This document shows, one piece after another, positions 51,133-63,811 of a stretch of 64,000 nucleotides of DNA (position 1 is the stretch's first letter; each line of letters starts with the position of its first letter). This DNA comes from Pelomyxa schiedti (Eukaryota; Protista; Evosea). The stretch lies in contig JAHLWZ010000830.1 of assembly GCA_020536535.1 (NCBI GenBank), positions 30,854-94,853 on the forward strand, read 5' to 3'. Both the position numbers and the translations under genes were made by a program. Under the pieces are notes generated by a model. That model worked only from the letters and a program-made list of their open reading frames with translations. It did no database searches and was not told the DNA's origin.

Positions 51133-52125
51133 GTGTGCGCCAGAATCCTGGGGATTACTGGGCATTGCGAGGACACAACGAGCAGGCTGGGCCCTCTGGC
51201 TTGCGTGGTGATTCGGTTCATATTCCCAACACACCCTGAGATGTTTCATGGTGCTGCAACTGATGGGGGTCACGTGTTGCTGCCGTGGTTTTTCGACAGG
51301 TCCCTGGCCTGGGCCCGCTCGTATCCCGCTGAATCGCATTCGTTCGTTCGTCGTGTGCTTCTAAAAGTATGCAACTGTGGAGAAGAGTCTGAAAGTGGAG
51401 GCACAGTCGAATGTGACGAAGGAGACTCGAAAACAGAATCGGAACCAGAATCAGAGCCTGGGACAGGGAATAAAGAATCATTTCCGGATGCGATGATATC
51501 ATGTGCTCACTTCCTGTATGGATTCATGCACCAAACCGGAATCGGTGTTCCCACGGACTTCAACGTGGCCCTCCACCACTTCCGGAATTCCACCACGCCT
51601 CCCATAAGCCGGCTAGCACAGTACTGCATCGCCCGCGACTACTTCACCGGCGAGGGCGTCTACCGCGACCTCCGCGCAGCCATGGACATTTTATGGCCAC
51701 TCGCAGAGCGCGGCAGCCCAATGGCATGGCGCTCCCTCGGCCTCATATACCAGAGCGGGAGGCTTGGGGCCAAGGACCTGGCCAAGTCCTTTGAGTGCCA
51801 CTTCACCTCGGCCAAGAAATGGGGCTGGGCCAGTGCTCAGAACGACGTGGGGATTGCATACAAGCGGGGGTGGACTGGGCCCCCGGACCACAGGCAGGCC
51901 CTCGCTTGGTTCTACCTCGCTGCCGAGCAGGGGCTGGACACGGGGCACTACAACATCGGGCTGTATCGCGAGACTGGGACCAAGGACGGGACCGTGCAGA
52001 GGGACCTGAGGGAGTCTGTGAGGTGGATGAGGCTCGCGGACAGTCAGGGATACCAGCCTGCTACAAGCAGAGTCCACTCTGCCCAGCACCCTTCAAGGCG
52101 GCACCAAGCCAGGGCATACCTGTAA
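51133..52125 (+). CDS. Sel1-like repeat protein
   Basis: AQYCIARDYFTGEGVYRD, AWRSLGLIYQSG, AQNDVGIAYKRG, GHYNIGLYRETG..RDLRESVRWMRLADSQG. Start uncertain (first ATG at 51241). Confidence 0.85.
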   Translation: MCARILGITGHCEDTTSRLGPLACVVIRFIFPTHPEMFHGAATDGGHVLLPWFFDRSLAWARSYPAESHSFVRRVLLKVCNCGEESESGGTVECDEGDSKTESEPESEPGTGNKESFPDAMISCAHFLYGFMHQTGIGVPTDFNVALHHFRNSTTPPISRLAQYCIARDYFTGEGVYRDLRAAMDILWPLAERGSPMAWRSLGLIYQSGRLGAKDLAKSFECHFTSAKKWGWASAQNDVGIAYKRGWTGPPDHRQALAWFYLAAEQGLDTGHYNIGLYRETGTKDGTVQRDLRESVRWMRLADSQGYQPATSRVHSAQHPSRRHQARAYL

Positions 52126-52156
52126 ACTTTTTTGTAACCAGTTCACAAGGACTTTT

Positions 52157-55014
52157 TTGTACCCTTTCGTGTTCGAGCGGGCATGTCGAGCTCGTCCGAC
52201 GAGGAGGAAGGAATCGATGTGGAGGCATGGACCAAGGTCATGGCAAGGCCGGCACAGTACCATCGATTTCGGCAGACCTGAGCCCACCGGCCGCGTCACC
52301 TCCACGGGCTGCTTTGCCACCGTAGAGAACGACAGGCAGGACGACGTCGGCGGCGGCTGCGGCACCGGGGACGGCCGCCTCTTCTACACCGGGCGCCTGG
52401 TGCAGGACAAGCGCGACGGCCAAGGGCGCGCCATGTGGCGGGCGCGGGGCGACACGTACGACGGCGAGTGGCGCGACGGGCAGAAGCACGGCCGCGGGAC
52501 CTACAGGTGGGCCAGCGGCAAGTCCTACGCGGGCGAGTGGCACGGCGGCCAGGGCGACGGCTGGGGCGTCGTGACGCAGCCGGGGCGCGGCTGGTACGAG
52601 GGGCTGTGCCGCGGCAACCGCAGGAGGCGCGGCGCCTGGCACGCCTACAGCGGCGCCGACGTGTGGGACGGCGACTGGGCCTGGGACGAATCCCGCAAGT
52701 ACTACCTGCAGGGGTGGGGAGTGCACAGGAGGAAGCAGCAGCAGCGGCGGCGGCAGCAAGGGGGGGAGGGAGGGCCCCGCGGCGCCAAAGGAGGGGGCCC
52801 CGCGGAGATGGAGACTGTGTACGAGGGGGAGTGGGAGGAGAACCTGATGCACGGCCGCGGGACGTGGAGGTCATTGGAGACGGGCGAGTTGTACTGTGGG
52901 GAGTTTGCCCGTGGATTGAAGAGCGGAACGGGGAGGATGCTGTTTGGTGGCGATGATGGAGGAAGCTACATTGGAGAGTGGAAGAATGACACGCTGCATG
53001 GGAGTGGGGTACGGCTGTGGTCGAATGGAGACAGGTACGAGGGGCAGTGGGATAGCGGGAAGGAGCACGGGAGAGGGACTAAGAGGTGGGCCGGGGACGG
53101 CTCTTCATTCACCGGGGTGTGGAGCATGGGAGCCCCGAGCAAAGGAGTGATGAAATGGCCCAATGGTGACAAGTTCACCGGGTCATTCACCCTAGTCGAG
53201 CAGCAACAAGGGGGTGGGTTTGGGTTCCGCGGTGAGGGCGTTTTGGAGCTCTCGCTGTCCTCGGCCTTTTCTCTCATAGGTTCTCCTTCACCGGAATCAA
53301 AGCAGTTCCAGTTCAAGGGAATTCTGCACAACAACAAATTCCAGAGTGCTGACGGTTGTACATCAAATGGGATCCTCATTGCCGCATCTGGGCCATAGAC
53401 AATTGATGCAGGTCCACTTTCCAAACACTTTTCTATCATGCAAATCAAAAGTAGCAAGTGAAATCAGCACAGATAAAAGAGCTGGAAATTGAGAGAAGTA
53501 ATTGGAACATTGAAAAGCGTCAATTTCAAGAAAAATTGGCCTTTGCTAATGCTCAAATTCAGGCAGTCCCCTATTCAATTTTGTTCGGCTCCCTCTTTCA
53601 CAAACAATTACTGAACAACGAAGGTATTAAAAGATGAAAACAAAAATATGCAAGAAAAACACGAAGAGGAACTTGTCAACCTAAACCAAAAACTTCCCAA
53701 ACAAGAAGGGGAAGGAGGTCCTTATTTTGAAAATAATGACGGCCAATATTAACCAAATACCAGAAACCATGGGGGAACTTGGCAGAGCACTCACATTTAC
53801 AACTCAGTTTCAATCCCAGTTGAAAAAAGCAGCACAGGAGTTGATTTTAGTTCAAGGGTCGATGTCAAACACGAAACAACTCCTACAGCAAGTTACAGGC
53901 AAGAATCAGGAACTCGAAATTCACTTGAGAGACCTGACAACTCTGAGGGAAACTCTTGGTAAGGAAGTTGAGGAATCAGACATGAAGTGCAAGGAGATCC
54001 TTGGGCAGACACTATCAGTGAACAGTAGTGAGTCGGAGATACAACAGTGCTCCAGGAACATCTCAGCCCTTACAAAAAAAGTTCTGGGAGTTAAACCACA
54101 CGCCACTGATGGCGTAAGAATTCCATAGAAAGGTAACCTCTACTATTCAAGCTCTCTTCTAAAACGCACAGATGTCGGCAACTTATTGGTTATGAAACCT
54201 TGGTGTTCACATCAAATCCAGCAACAGCAAATTGCCACAGTCCCAGCCCGGTTTCAATTATTATTGAGAGAACTGTCAGAATCCCTGCTTCAGTTACAAG
54301 GAGTGCGGTTCGATAAGGTCACACAAACTGCTGATGAGCACATGGTCTTACACAAAGAATACCTCTCGCAAGTCACACTGGGTGAAAACCTCCACAAGGA
54401 GATCGAGGAGCTTCTCACTGCGTGCCAGGAGCTCAACAAAGAATACCACGAGAAATACATGCTGAAGCGAGGTCTGGATGGTGACGAGCAGTTCATGTCC
54501 CACCCTGATGTCTGGTCAAACCTATCTGAGCTTCTGCCCCACGCACAACAATCGGCCATGGATGTTATGTGTGCCAAGGCCACCTCTGCTGCAGAATCCC
54601 TTTCCTCCTTCCTGTCAACATCATCCACAACACCATTTCCCACGATATCAACAGCTTCCACCCCAGGCTCAACTCCTTTCTGCGGCAACCACGAAGACCA
54701 TGTCATAGCCACTCTCCCAGGTTGCACAATGACAACAGTAATTTGTGGTGATCAGAGTTCCGGTACTTATAGTAGTATCAGTGAAAGCATCAGTATTAGC
54801 ACTACAACAACCAGTAGCATTGAGTGTATTGTGTGTGATGAGAGGACACGCAACATTCGATTCCATCCTTGTGGGCACGGTGTCTGCTGCTCTGAGGTAT
54901 ATCCCTTCATGTATCTCCCAACAAATGTTAACATCAACACAGTGTGCCATGAATGTGAGGAAGTGCCCGTTTTGCCGTTCACCAATCCTCCAAAAACAAA
55001 AACTCTTCTTGTAA
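52157..55014 (+). CDS. MORN-repeat / coiled-coil / C-terminal RING (C3HC4) protein
   Basis: Many YxGxWxxxxxHGxG repeats, coiled-coil exons at 53.46-54.5 kb, CIVCDERTRNIRFHPCGHGVCCSE|CAMNVRKCPFCR. 5' end uncertain. Confidence 0.85.
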
Positions 55015-55135
55015 GAACTCCAAAGGAATGGAAAAGATGGACAGGGAATAACGTTTTCGTTTTAGACTGTCAATAGAAACAGAAGTGTGGAGTTTGTTCA
55101 CAAGTTTTGTACAGTGAAAAGAAGTGAAGGTTCTC

Positions 55136-55655
55136 CTAGTTGCTGTTCCATTGGTGGGCACATTTCTTGCATCTGTAGTAGATGGTAGCCGGCTCATCGG
55201 CGCTTCGTGTCTGCATCTCCCAGCAATTGGCTTCCCTGTGCCCACACCTCTCACATGTAACTGTATTGCTTGTTATTATTTGTTATGCAGGTTTTTGTGA
55301 ACTAGTATTATTTACTACGTAGTGTTAGAAGTATTAGTAGTAGCAGTCCAACTTGGGGGAAAAAAAAAAGGCCAATGTGATAGTGCCGTAACTTCAATTT
55401 ATTACTGAGACTAAACTTAAAATAATAATACGCGGAACGGTTAAATTCGTGCGTACTTTCACAGGACGACGTATTGCCCTCCACATTGGCGATGGTAAAA
55501 ATTGGGTCGAGCTTTTTCCTCTTCAGAGTCAGCGCGGCGCTCAACTTGGCACCCTGAGGCAGCATGAAAACGCAGCTGCACGTAGGGCAGAAATTCCTCA
55601 ACGGCGACGTAGTTGCGTCGATCCTAAGCAAGTTGCCGCAGAATCCGCAAAACAT
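55136..55655 (-). CDS. POLR3K: RNA polymerase III subunit RPC11 (C11), 2 exons
   Basis: MFCGFCGNLL..FCPTC zinc ribbon; second exon TCERCGHREA..MQTRSADEPATIYYRCKKCAHQW. Confidence 0.88.
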
Positions 55656-56549
55656 GATTGCCGATACAGCCGATGTTCCGTGCGTTTGTACGTCAAGTAG
55701 CACCACAATGTGTACCGCCGACTAGATCTTGGTTTGTTGTCGTCTTGTCCGCTCACACTACCGGATACTCGCCAGGATTATTTTTTTTAAAAACACAAAA
55801 CAACAGGAACATCTCTTCATCTTCCTGGCCAAGTAAGCGAGGTGGTCCAAAAGCAACACAAAAAGTGTGACTGAGGAGTCCTGTGTGAAGTAGTTCGGAA
55901 CAGCGGCCCTCCTTCCCCAAAAGAGCCAGGGATGCATTGCTGTGTCCTGGGTGGCTTGCTTGTGTCCCACACACTGTAGTTATTCATTCCTATGCGAAAA
56001 AGACAGAACTGTTACTTGTTCTTGTTAGTGGTTATACGATCCAGTAGGCATCCCTCTTCGCCAAGAATGGCAGAATATGTGGCGCCCTGCCTGTTCCCTC
56101 CTCAATTGCCCTGGGCAGATCCCAGCCAGTGCTTTATTTGACACAGAAATGAGCACCATCCTGATTCGTCATAACTGCAATGCGACCAGCGTCTTGGATT
56201 TGATGAACATGTTGGCACAATATCCACAACGACAATCTCAAATGGTGTCGGTGGCGCACAGAGAGGTACCAGCACCGCCGGCGCAACTGGGGATGATTGC
56301 GTGTTGCTGCTGAGGAGTTGGTGTGTTGGGGAGCCATCAACATTCGTTCACCATTCAATGAATGGTCGGTTTCATGCACCAATAGGCTTTGAAGTTCTCC
56401 CTCATTTGTTCCTTCAAAATTTTTCACTCCCTTGCACTCGGGCCCGGCCGACCTCAGCACCAACTTGGGCGGACACCACGCGAACGCGAACACAACGGGC
56501 CCGGAAAGAAAATTCCCTTTTCTTTTTTTTCGGTTTCGGTAATCAATCC

Positions 56550-58893
56550 ATGAGCGACGACGAAGAGACACCGGCAGACGCGGCCAATAAAATTTACAGA
56601 ATAAAGGAAGGTAGGAACGACTTTCTGACTTTCTTTTTCATGTTGACCTTTTTGTGTTTGCCTTTGTAAGGACTTAGGTTCGTCTTGCCTTACCCAAGGA
56701 ACTTTCACATTAACACGCCGTCACGAACTAAATGGCAAGGGGAACTTATAGACCTCGTTCTACGGCATCTTCGTTCCGCACACTTTGACCCAAATTTCGC
56801 TGTGAGATACCAATGATTGTGTTGACTGAACTGCAGCTTACATATTGTCCCCTCTCTCTGTGAAAATAGGAATTTTTACTTGACCATGGTCTTGTCACAG
56901 TTGATGGGAAACCAAAGTCAGCACGATATCATCCAAAGCCAGGACAACACGTTGTCGTCCAGTTGGTGGCCAGAGATTTTATTTCTTCTCTCTTACATGA
57001 AGAAGGATGCACTGGCATGAGCCACCAGTGGTAGCATGTTTGCCATCCATAATTTCTGAGAATGATGACTTTTATGTTATTTACAAACCAGCATCCATAC
57101 CTGTATGTACACTTTCACCCTTAAATTCATAACATAAAATTCAAGCATTAAATAACTCTGGTGAAGGTACATGGTGATCGTCAGCATAGATTCAACACCA
57201 TCTTTGAGATACTTAGACGGTGCCTTAAAATACCCAGAATCTACTGTACGCAGTTACCTCAGTACACTTTAGTTTCTTAGTTATGATGCAGTAACAAATA
57301 GGCTGGATCGGCTGACATCGGGAATTATGATTGTGTGTAAATCCGTGGAATCTACCAGGAAAATTTCTTCCCTTCTTGCACAACGCCGTTTACAAAAAAC
57401 GTACTTAGCCAGAGTAAAAGGACATTTTAGTGAGTAAGTTCCAGTACTAACCCAGTTTACAATACCAACATAAGGATGTAGGGACTTGATTAGAGTAGAT
57501 AAGAAGATAGCCCCAGGTGCCCGCGGGCGAGTTACAGACTCACCTAAAGGAAAGCCATCTGTCACATATTTCAAGCTTTTGAGGTACTGTCCTCACACTA
57601 AAACAAGCTTGGTGCAGTGTCTACCAAAAACTGGACGCACACACCAAATTAGAATTCACCTGAAGTACATAGGCATTCTGCATATATCTTCTTTTTGAAT
57701 GATTTTAACTTCGACAAGGACACCCAATTGCCAATGACAAGTTATATGGAGGCGATGGCTTTTTTAAGTACTTGGCACATGACTGTGGACCAAAGATTAC
57801 ATTGATAGATTTTGAGGTAGTGGAAGAGGAAGAGAATGAGGAAGTTACTGACGAAGAACATGGAAACAATGGCCAGATTGAAGCGGAGGAGCAAGAAGAA
57901 GAGCACGAGGACCAGAGACGTGAAGAAGACCGAGAAGAGGAAGAAACACAGGAAGTGGAAGACGGCGAGGAGCCAGAGGCAAGTAAAGACCCCGATGCCC
58001 AAGACGATGATGGGGACGAAGAAGCCGAGAAGTCATCAGATGCAGATGAAGAAGACAACAGTGAGGCATCCGGTGTGGATGACGAAAGATCGGGGGATGT
58101 GGCCGAGGACAGTGACGACAGCGAACAGTCAGATGAAAGTGGAGTTGAAGATGCGGAAGCACAAGAGGAAGAGGAAGAGGAAGAGGAAGAGGAAGAGGAA
58201 GAGGAAGAGGAAGAGGAAGAGGAAGAGGAAGAGGAAGAGGAAGAGGAAGAGGAAGAGGAGAACGAAGAGGATAGACAGGGAGAGGAGGAAGTAGCGCGAG
58301 AGGAACAGGAAGAGGATGAAAATGAACATGAAGAGGAACAGGAATGCGAAGAGGAAACGGACAAGGATGGAAATGAACAGGATGGAGATGAGGACGAACC
58401 TCAACAGGATGAGGAACAGGAAGAAGAAGAAAAGGAAGAGACGGAAGGGAGGAAACAGGATGAGGAAGAAATAGAGGAACCAGAAGAGGAAGAGGAAGAG
58501 GAAGCTGAGGAAGAGGAAGCTGCGGAAGCGGAAGAGGAAGCGGAAGAGGAAGAGGAAGAGGAAGAGGAAGAGGAAGAGGAAGAGGAAGAGGAAGAGGAAG
58601 AGGAAGAGGAAGAGGAAGCGGAAGCGGAAGCGGAAGCGGAAGCGGAAGCGGAAGCGGAAGCGGAAGCGGAAGCGGAAGAGGAGGAAGAGGAAGAGGAAGA
58701 AGAAGAGGAAGAGGAAGAGGAAGAGGAGGAAGCGGAAGAAGATAGTGGGGATTGCATGACACCATGCCCCTTGTGTTCATACCCACCCCCACTGGATGCA
58801 CCACCAGGTGGTGGAATATTCCTACACGCGGCGCGGTACGCTCACCCAGACCACTGGACTTTCACCACCCCAACATGGCCATATTGGGTCTGA
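56550..58893 (+). CDS. RluA-family pseudouridine synthase (RPUSD2/Pus9-like) with ~300-aa acidic insertion
   Basis: GLRFVLPY, HWHEPPV, KPASIP|VH, NRLDRLTSG (catalytic Asp), KTYLARVKG, TGRTHQIRIHLKYIG|HPIANDKLYG, IFLHAARY. Confidence 0.9.
58165..58736 (+). repeat. (GAGGAA)n and (GCGGAA)n coding microsatellites (poly-E, poly-EA)
   Basis: GAGGAA runs at ~58165-58257, ~58546-58617 and ~58681-58725; GCGGAA run at ~58618-58677. Confidence 0.95.
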
Positions 58894-59261
58894 GGACATT
58901 TCATCCAGTCCCGGCACCCTCAGCCAGGTAACTATGTACAGGACCTGTTCTAGTCACATCAAGGAAGAACAGTGTTAATTGTGTTACGTGGATAGCAATG
59001 TCCCCAATGCCCTTTGTTGTTCACACATACCTATGCATGTCTTTTTTGTGGATCAGTTATCCACTTATGTCCGCCCGAAATCCACCTAGGAACCTACCCT
59101 TGATGTTTTCTGCAACTTTGAGTTTTTCCCCTAACGAACATACGGAAAAAGCGAAACTACGCAGCCCCATCTTGGTTTTTATCAACCATAAGCTCGCCAA
59201 GCAATTCCGGATTCTAGCGCAACACATCTATTTTTCCTTCTATTCCGGAACGACACACAGA

Positions 59262-62200
59262 ATGTCAGCCTCACGCACCCCTTCGCCTTCACCATCACCG
59301 ACGTCCTGTTCACTCCCTGATCTACCACAAGTGGAAGAACAGCTGCGGCAGAACCGGCACCAAGTTGGATGCCTCCGTCGACGGTCTGCGGACGCGGCAA
59401 CTCTCGCTGCTACCCTGGTGGAAAGAGACAGGGTGGTTCAGCAACCTCTTCAGCAGATGGGTTCGTGTTGCGAGACACGAAGTGATTATGGGTCTGGTTC
59501 CCTTGGGCGGACTCGCAGCTGTTCGTTGTTGGATTTAACACAGCCTTGTGTGACACCACGTGGAAACGTCAAGTTTGTGACAAAAAACGAAAAAAAAAAA
59601 CCTTTGCAAATGCAAGAGCCCCACGAAAAATTAAAACAACAACCAACAACAAAGGAACTTCATACAAAAAAAAAAAGCTAAAACACTTTTACTTGTGCAG
59701 ACAGTGGGATGAGGATCAGGATGAGAATGATGATAGTTTTGAGGCTGTATTTGCGCTGATCCAAACTGGGGAACAACAAAAAGCCCTGGAGGCCCTGGAT
59801 GACTTGCTAGCCTCTGTGCCTTCTAGCCACCCAAGGGGCTTGTTTTTAAAAGCAGAGATACTGCACTCTTTGGGCAAGAATTCTGAGACCATTCAGTGCT
59901 TGGACACTTTCCTGTCAATTTCTCATATGAAAACTTTGTATCCTCAGGCACTTGTCATGAAGGCCCAGGCATTACATAACTTAGGGAGGTATGCAGAAGC
60001 CAATACCTGCTTCAGCCAATATCTGGTTCATTTTCCAGATGACACAGCAGTATTAAGTGCGAAGGGACTTGCACTTTTTGAAATGGGTGATCCTGAGTCT
60101 GCCATCTTGAGCTATGACGCTACTTTGGCAATCTCTCCTGTATGTAATTCTACTTTTGACCAAGTTGACACTTCTGACAGGGGGATTTGTGTGCCTTGGT
60201 GAATAGAGGAATTGCCCTAAGGTCTACTGGCAACCACACCGAAGCCATTGCTTCTTTTGAGGCAGCTCTGAGGAGTTGCCCTAATCATCCAGACATTCTC
60301 ACACACAAAGGAATTGAGTTATTTCTTCTGGGAAAACATGAAGCAGCCCTGGAATGTTATGAGGCATCCTTATTAACATGTCCAAACAACCCCAGAGTGC
60401 TTACAAATAAAGGAGCTGCACTGTACCATTTAGGGAGGCATTCCGATGCAATCCAGTGTTACAATGCTGTTCTGGAAGTGTGCCCAGACGATCACTTTGC
60501 TCTGAATAACAAAGGAAGTTCTCTGAGCGAATTGGGTTTATTTGAAGAAGCCACTAAATGCTATGATGCCGCTCTACAAGTGTGTCCAAACGATAGTGGT
60601 TCCCTTGATAACAAAGGGGTCGCACTTGATGCACTTGGATACAGCACTGAGGCCATAAAATGTTTTGAATTAGCTTTGGTCACTGAAAAACCTGCCAAAA
60701 CTTCGAAGATTATGTATCACAAAGGAATTGCTCTATATCATGCTGGACTGTTTTCTAAAGCAGTAAGGCATTTCCAGATCTCCATGGAAGCTGCAGCCAA
60801 TACCTCAGATGAACTACTGCCAAGTAGTATTGCCAAAGTAAATTCAATGATTGCTCTATACAATCTAGGTACAGCCAGCACTCCAAACTGTAAGCAGGTA
60901 TGTCACTCTTCTGGCTTTCATTGTTCTTACCTCTGCAGATTATCCAAGACACTCTTGGTTTTACGGTTATGCCCAGCAATTCTTGGGAACTTACAGATGT
61001 ATCACTTCTAGAGCCACAAAATGACACTGGAAGGTATTTGGAAAAATTCAGCCAGAAACAGTCTAAATTATGAAGGTCTGATGCATCACGGAAGATTCAA
61101 GGAAAGCCAATTCCCGCTACCTGCTTCAAGAAAGCACCTTTTCATTTGCCAAATGAAGAATACTTATTATCCCAACTGCATCATGGCAACGTTTTACAAG
61201 TTGACGGTTTTTATCTATCTCTTTGTATTTTCCCTCATAGAGACTAGGTACAACACAAATTGGGAGTGAATTATATATTGTAACTGAACGGACATCTTTA
61301 TCCCTGTATGAACTTGTGAAATCGAAGTCACCCCCTCTTTTAACCCTACTTCAAATAGCCTGGGTACACACTATTTTTGACAACCTTTATGTAGATGTGT
61401 TAACATTATCTAGGGAATTGCCAAGGGAATGGAACATCTTGCAAGATTTAACATATTTTATGGGTATTTTTTCATGTGTTACATTTAACCGCTCACACAT
61501 CTCTAGAACATTGAACTGTAGCAATATCTACTTTTCTTCAAAAGAGAATCTTTGCCCGAAGGTATTTGAACTGTGAAATTGTGCTGAAGCTAACATTGAT
61601 CTGTAGTTAGGCGATATCCCTTTATGACTCCAAAGCAGATTTCCTTTTTTTCCTTACATCACCTTTAAATATTGGACTTGGTCGGCTATTTGGAATTTCT
61701 CTTGAGCAGGTTAAGGCACAGGAATGGATGTCTTGCGCTCCGGAGTACCTGCGCAATCCTCTTCTGCCTAGACTTGAGAGCGACCGTTGGAGGTAATTCT
61801 ATTATCAATTGTTTATTTTTCACTGTGAATCAGTTATGGGATGGTTCTTTGGGAGGTTATTAACCTTGTCTATTTTTTATTCCTTAATTGTACTTGTAGA
61901 TGTGGAGTAACTGCAATACACCATATCACGACCATCACATTTCCTCTCCATGTGAATTGTGTGATTTTCTGGAAAGTGGGAACCGATTGAAGATAAACTC
62001 TAACTGGCTGCAACAAATACAACAGATTATCAAAGAGGTCAAACTCCACTATAGCAACTTAAATCACTCACTGTTTAAGATAGTGTTGGGACGCAAACCC
62101 ATTCTGCAGGTATCCTTTAGTTTATCTTTGGTAAGGTAATCAATCTTCCAAAGGCCACCGTTTAGTCGTATTCAACACGACCTTGGTTGGGTTGTAAGTA

Positions 62201-62871
62201 CCACTAAGCAAACCTCTTCTACTGGCACATCAAGTCTCCCTGAAGGCCTTGGTGATACGAAACAGGCAGAGAAACCTTCTTTTGAAGCTCATACCTCAGA
62301 GACACAAGAGCCTGAATCAAGAGAAATCACTCCGGCAAGTTGTTCCGAGCCCTCTCCTGGCTCCCAAAATCCCACTGAACAACCCCGTCCATGTGGAACT
62401 CCTTCAGTACCTCCGATTCCTAATTGTGTTGAAGTGGCAAGAAACACCGCCGAAGTTCTACCGTCTGTCTCGCAGCTTTATAGAGAAATAGGTGCTCCCC
62501 AGAATTTCCCTAATAACTATATCCAACGAAAACAAGCAATGAAGATGTTGGAAACTGCTGGATCAAAGGAATGCACACAACCAGATAACCACAAAAGAGT
62601 AGCCAGCCGATTGCACTTGCTCGTTGTTGCACAGCAAATTGTTTTAACTTTGGTTCTGCTGTTAATGCTTATCTTTGGGTCACCCAAAGCAGTCACTGTT
62701 GGTTGTGTCACTCTACTCCTAATGTACACTTCTTCACACCCAAATAAATTAATCACTAACCTGAAAAAGGACCCAACTGTTCTTTCTGTCAGTGTTTTAC
62801 TCCAAAAACCGGGAGAAGGATGCACACAAACACATGTAACACCTGTAAACCCTATGTTTTTTATACTGTGA
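59262..62871 (+). CDS. TPR-repeat protein with TKL-type pseudokinase domain and C-terminal hydrophobic segment; may extend to ~63683
   Basis: About nine TPRs (NKGAALYHLGRHSDAIQCYNAVLEVCP etc.); kinase fold HPNCI, CAPEYL, SDRWS|YGMVLWE|MW, CWDANPFC|RPPF; catalytic loop reads FYG|TLNCSN and the DFG position reads DIP. Confidence 0.8.
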
Positions 62872-63811
62872 AATATACCAAACCTGTGCAGTTTGTTGGC
62901 CCCGCCAATTTATCTCCTCAAACTACAATAGGCTCCTCATACCAGAAAACAAACAGGTTTTCCAACTATCCAAACAAAAAAGAGGTGATGATTGTGAGAT
63001 GTGCAACCCCAACAGACCCCTGTTCGGACTCAGTGGACCCACTACTGAACTTTGGGAAATGGCTCCTTCAATCTTTCACCCCGCCTAGGCCGGAACCAAG
63101 TGCACAAAGGCACCTTTTTTCGACCTAGAGGAGCCAAAGATTAACTGAACCACAATTAGCTCGCAGGGAGCGCAGTAGCAGATCCAGAGTCCAAACATTT
63201 GAGTGGAGCCCGTGGAGGAAAATCAACCCCCCAAATTATCGAAGAATCGGCAAGCCGGGGGGTAGAAATCGAGGTAATAAACTGGTTTTTGGGAGAAACA
63301 TGTTTTTCTTTGTTGTTGGGATTCCAACAATCAACTTCCACATCGTTGTTAAAACGTAATTTCGAAGTAGCACACCTCATGTGCATCAACCTCCGGAAAA
63401 AGTTCCGGAGCAATCTCTGTTAAACCCTAAAATTTTCTCCCAAAGCGCATTGTGGGAAAGTACATTGTGTTTGGAAAATGGGTACGAGGAGCAAATACAG
63501 ACTGTGACAGTGCCTGAGCCCTTGCAGATTGAGCAAATCCCATCAGGTCCTGCTCCTAAAAAATCAAAAAGAGGTTCCACCCGGTGCTTAATTCACACTG
63601 AACCCACTCAACCCACAAAGACACTCCCAACAATTTCACAAAACACCACCCCCGAAACAGCATCACACGTTCCTGGCACATAAACCACCCAGAAGCACAA
63701 CCACCACTGGACAAGCGCTAGTTCGACTTAAAACCCCGTTTTTTTTACCCCAAGTTTGCCGCACCCCAACTTATCGCGGAGCACAAACTAAGTTGGTTCC
63801 GAAACAAAGGT

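Noticed and set aside
56067-56313. Small ORF between RPC11 and the pseudouridine synthase
   Set aside because: No homology cues or clear exon structure.
57705-58804. Poly-Ser, poly-LP, poly-FL and poly-KR ORFs
   Set aside because: Alternative frames of the GAGGAA microsatellite inside the pseudouridine synthase.
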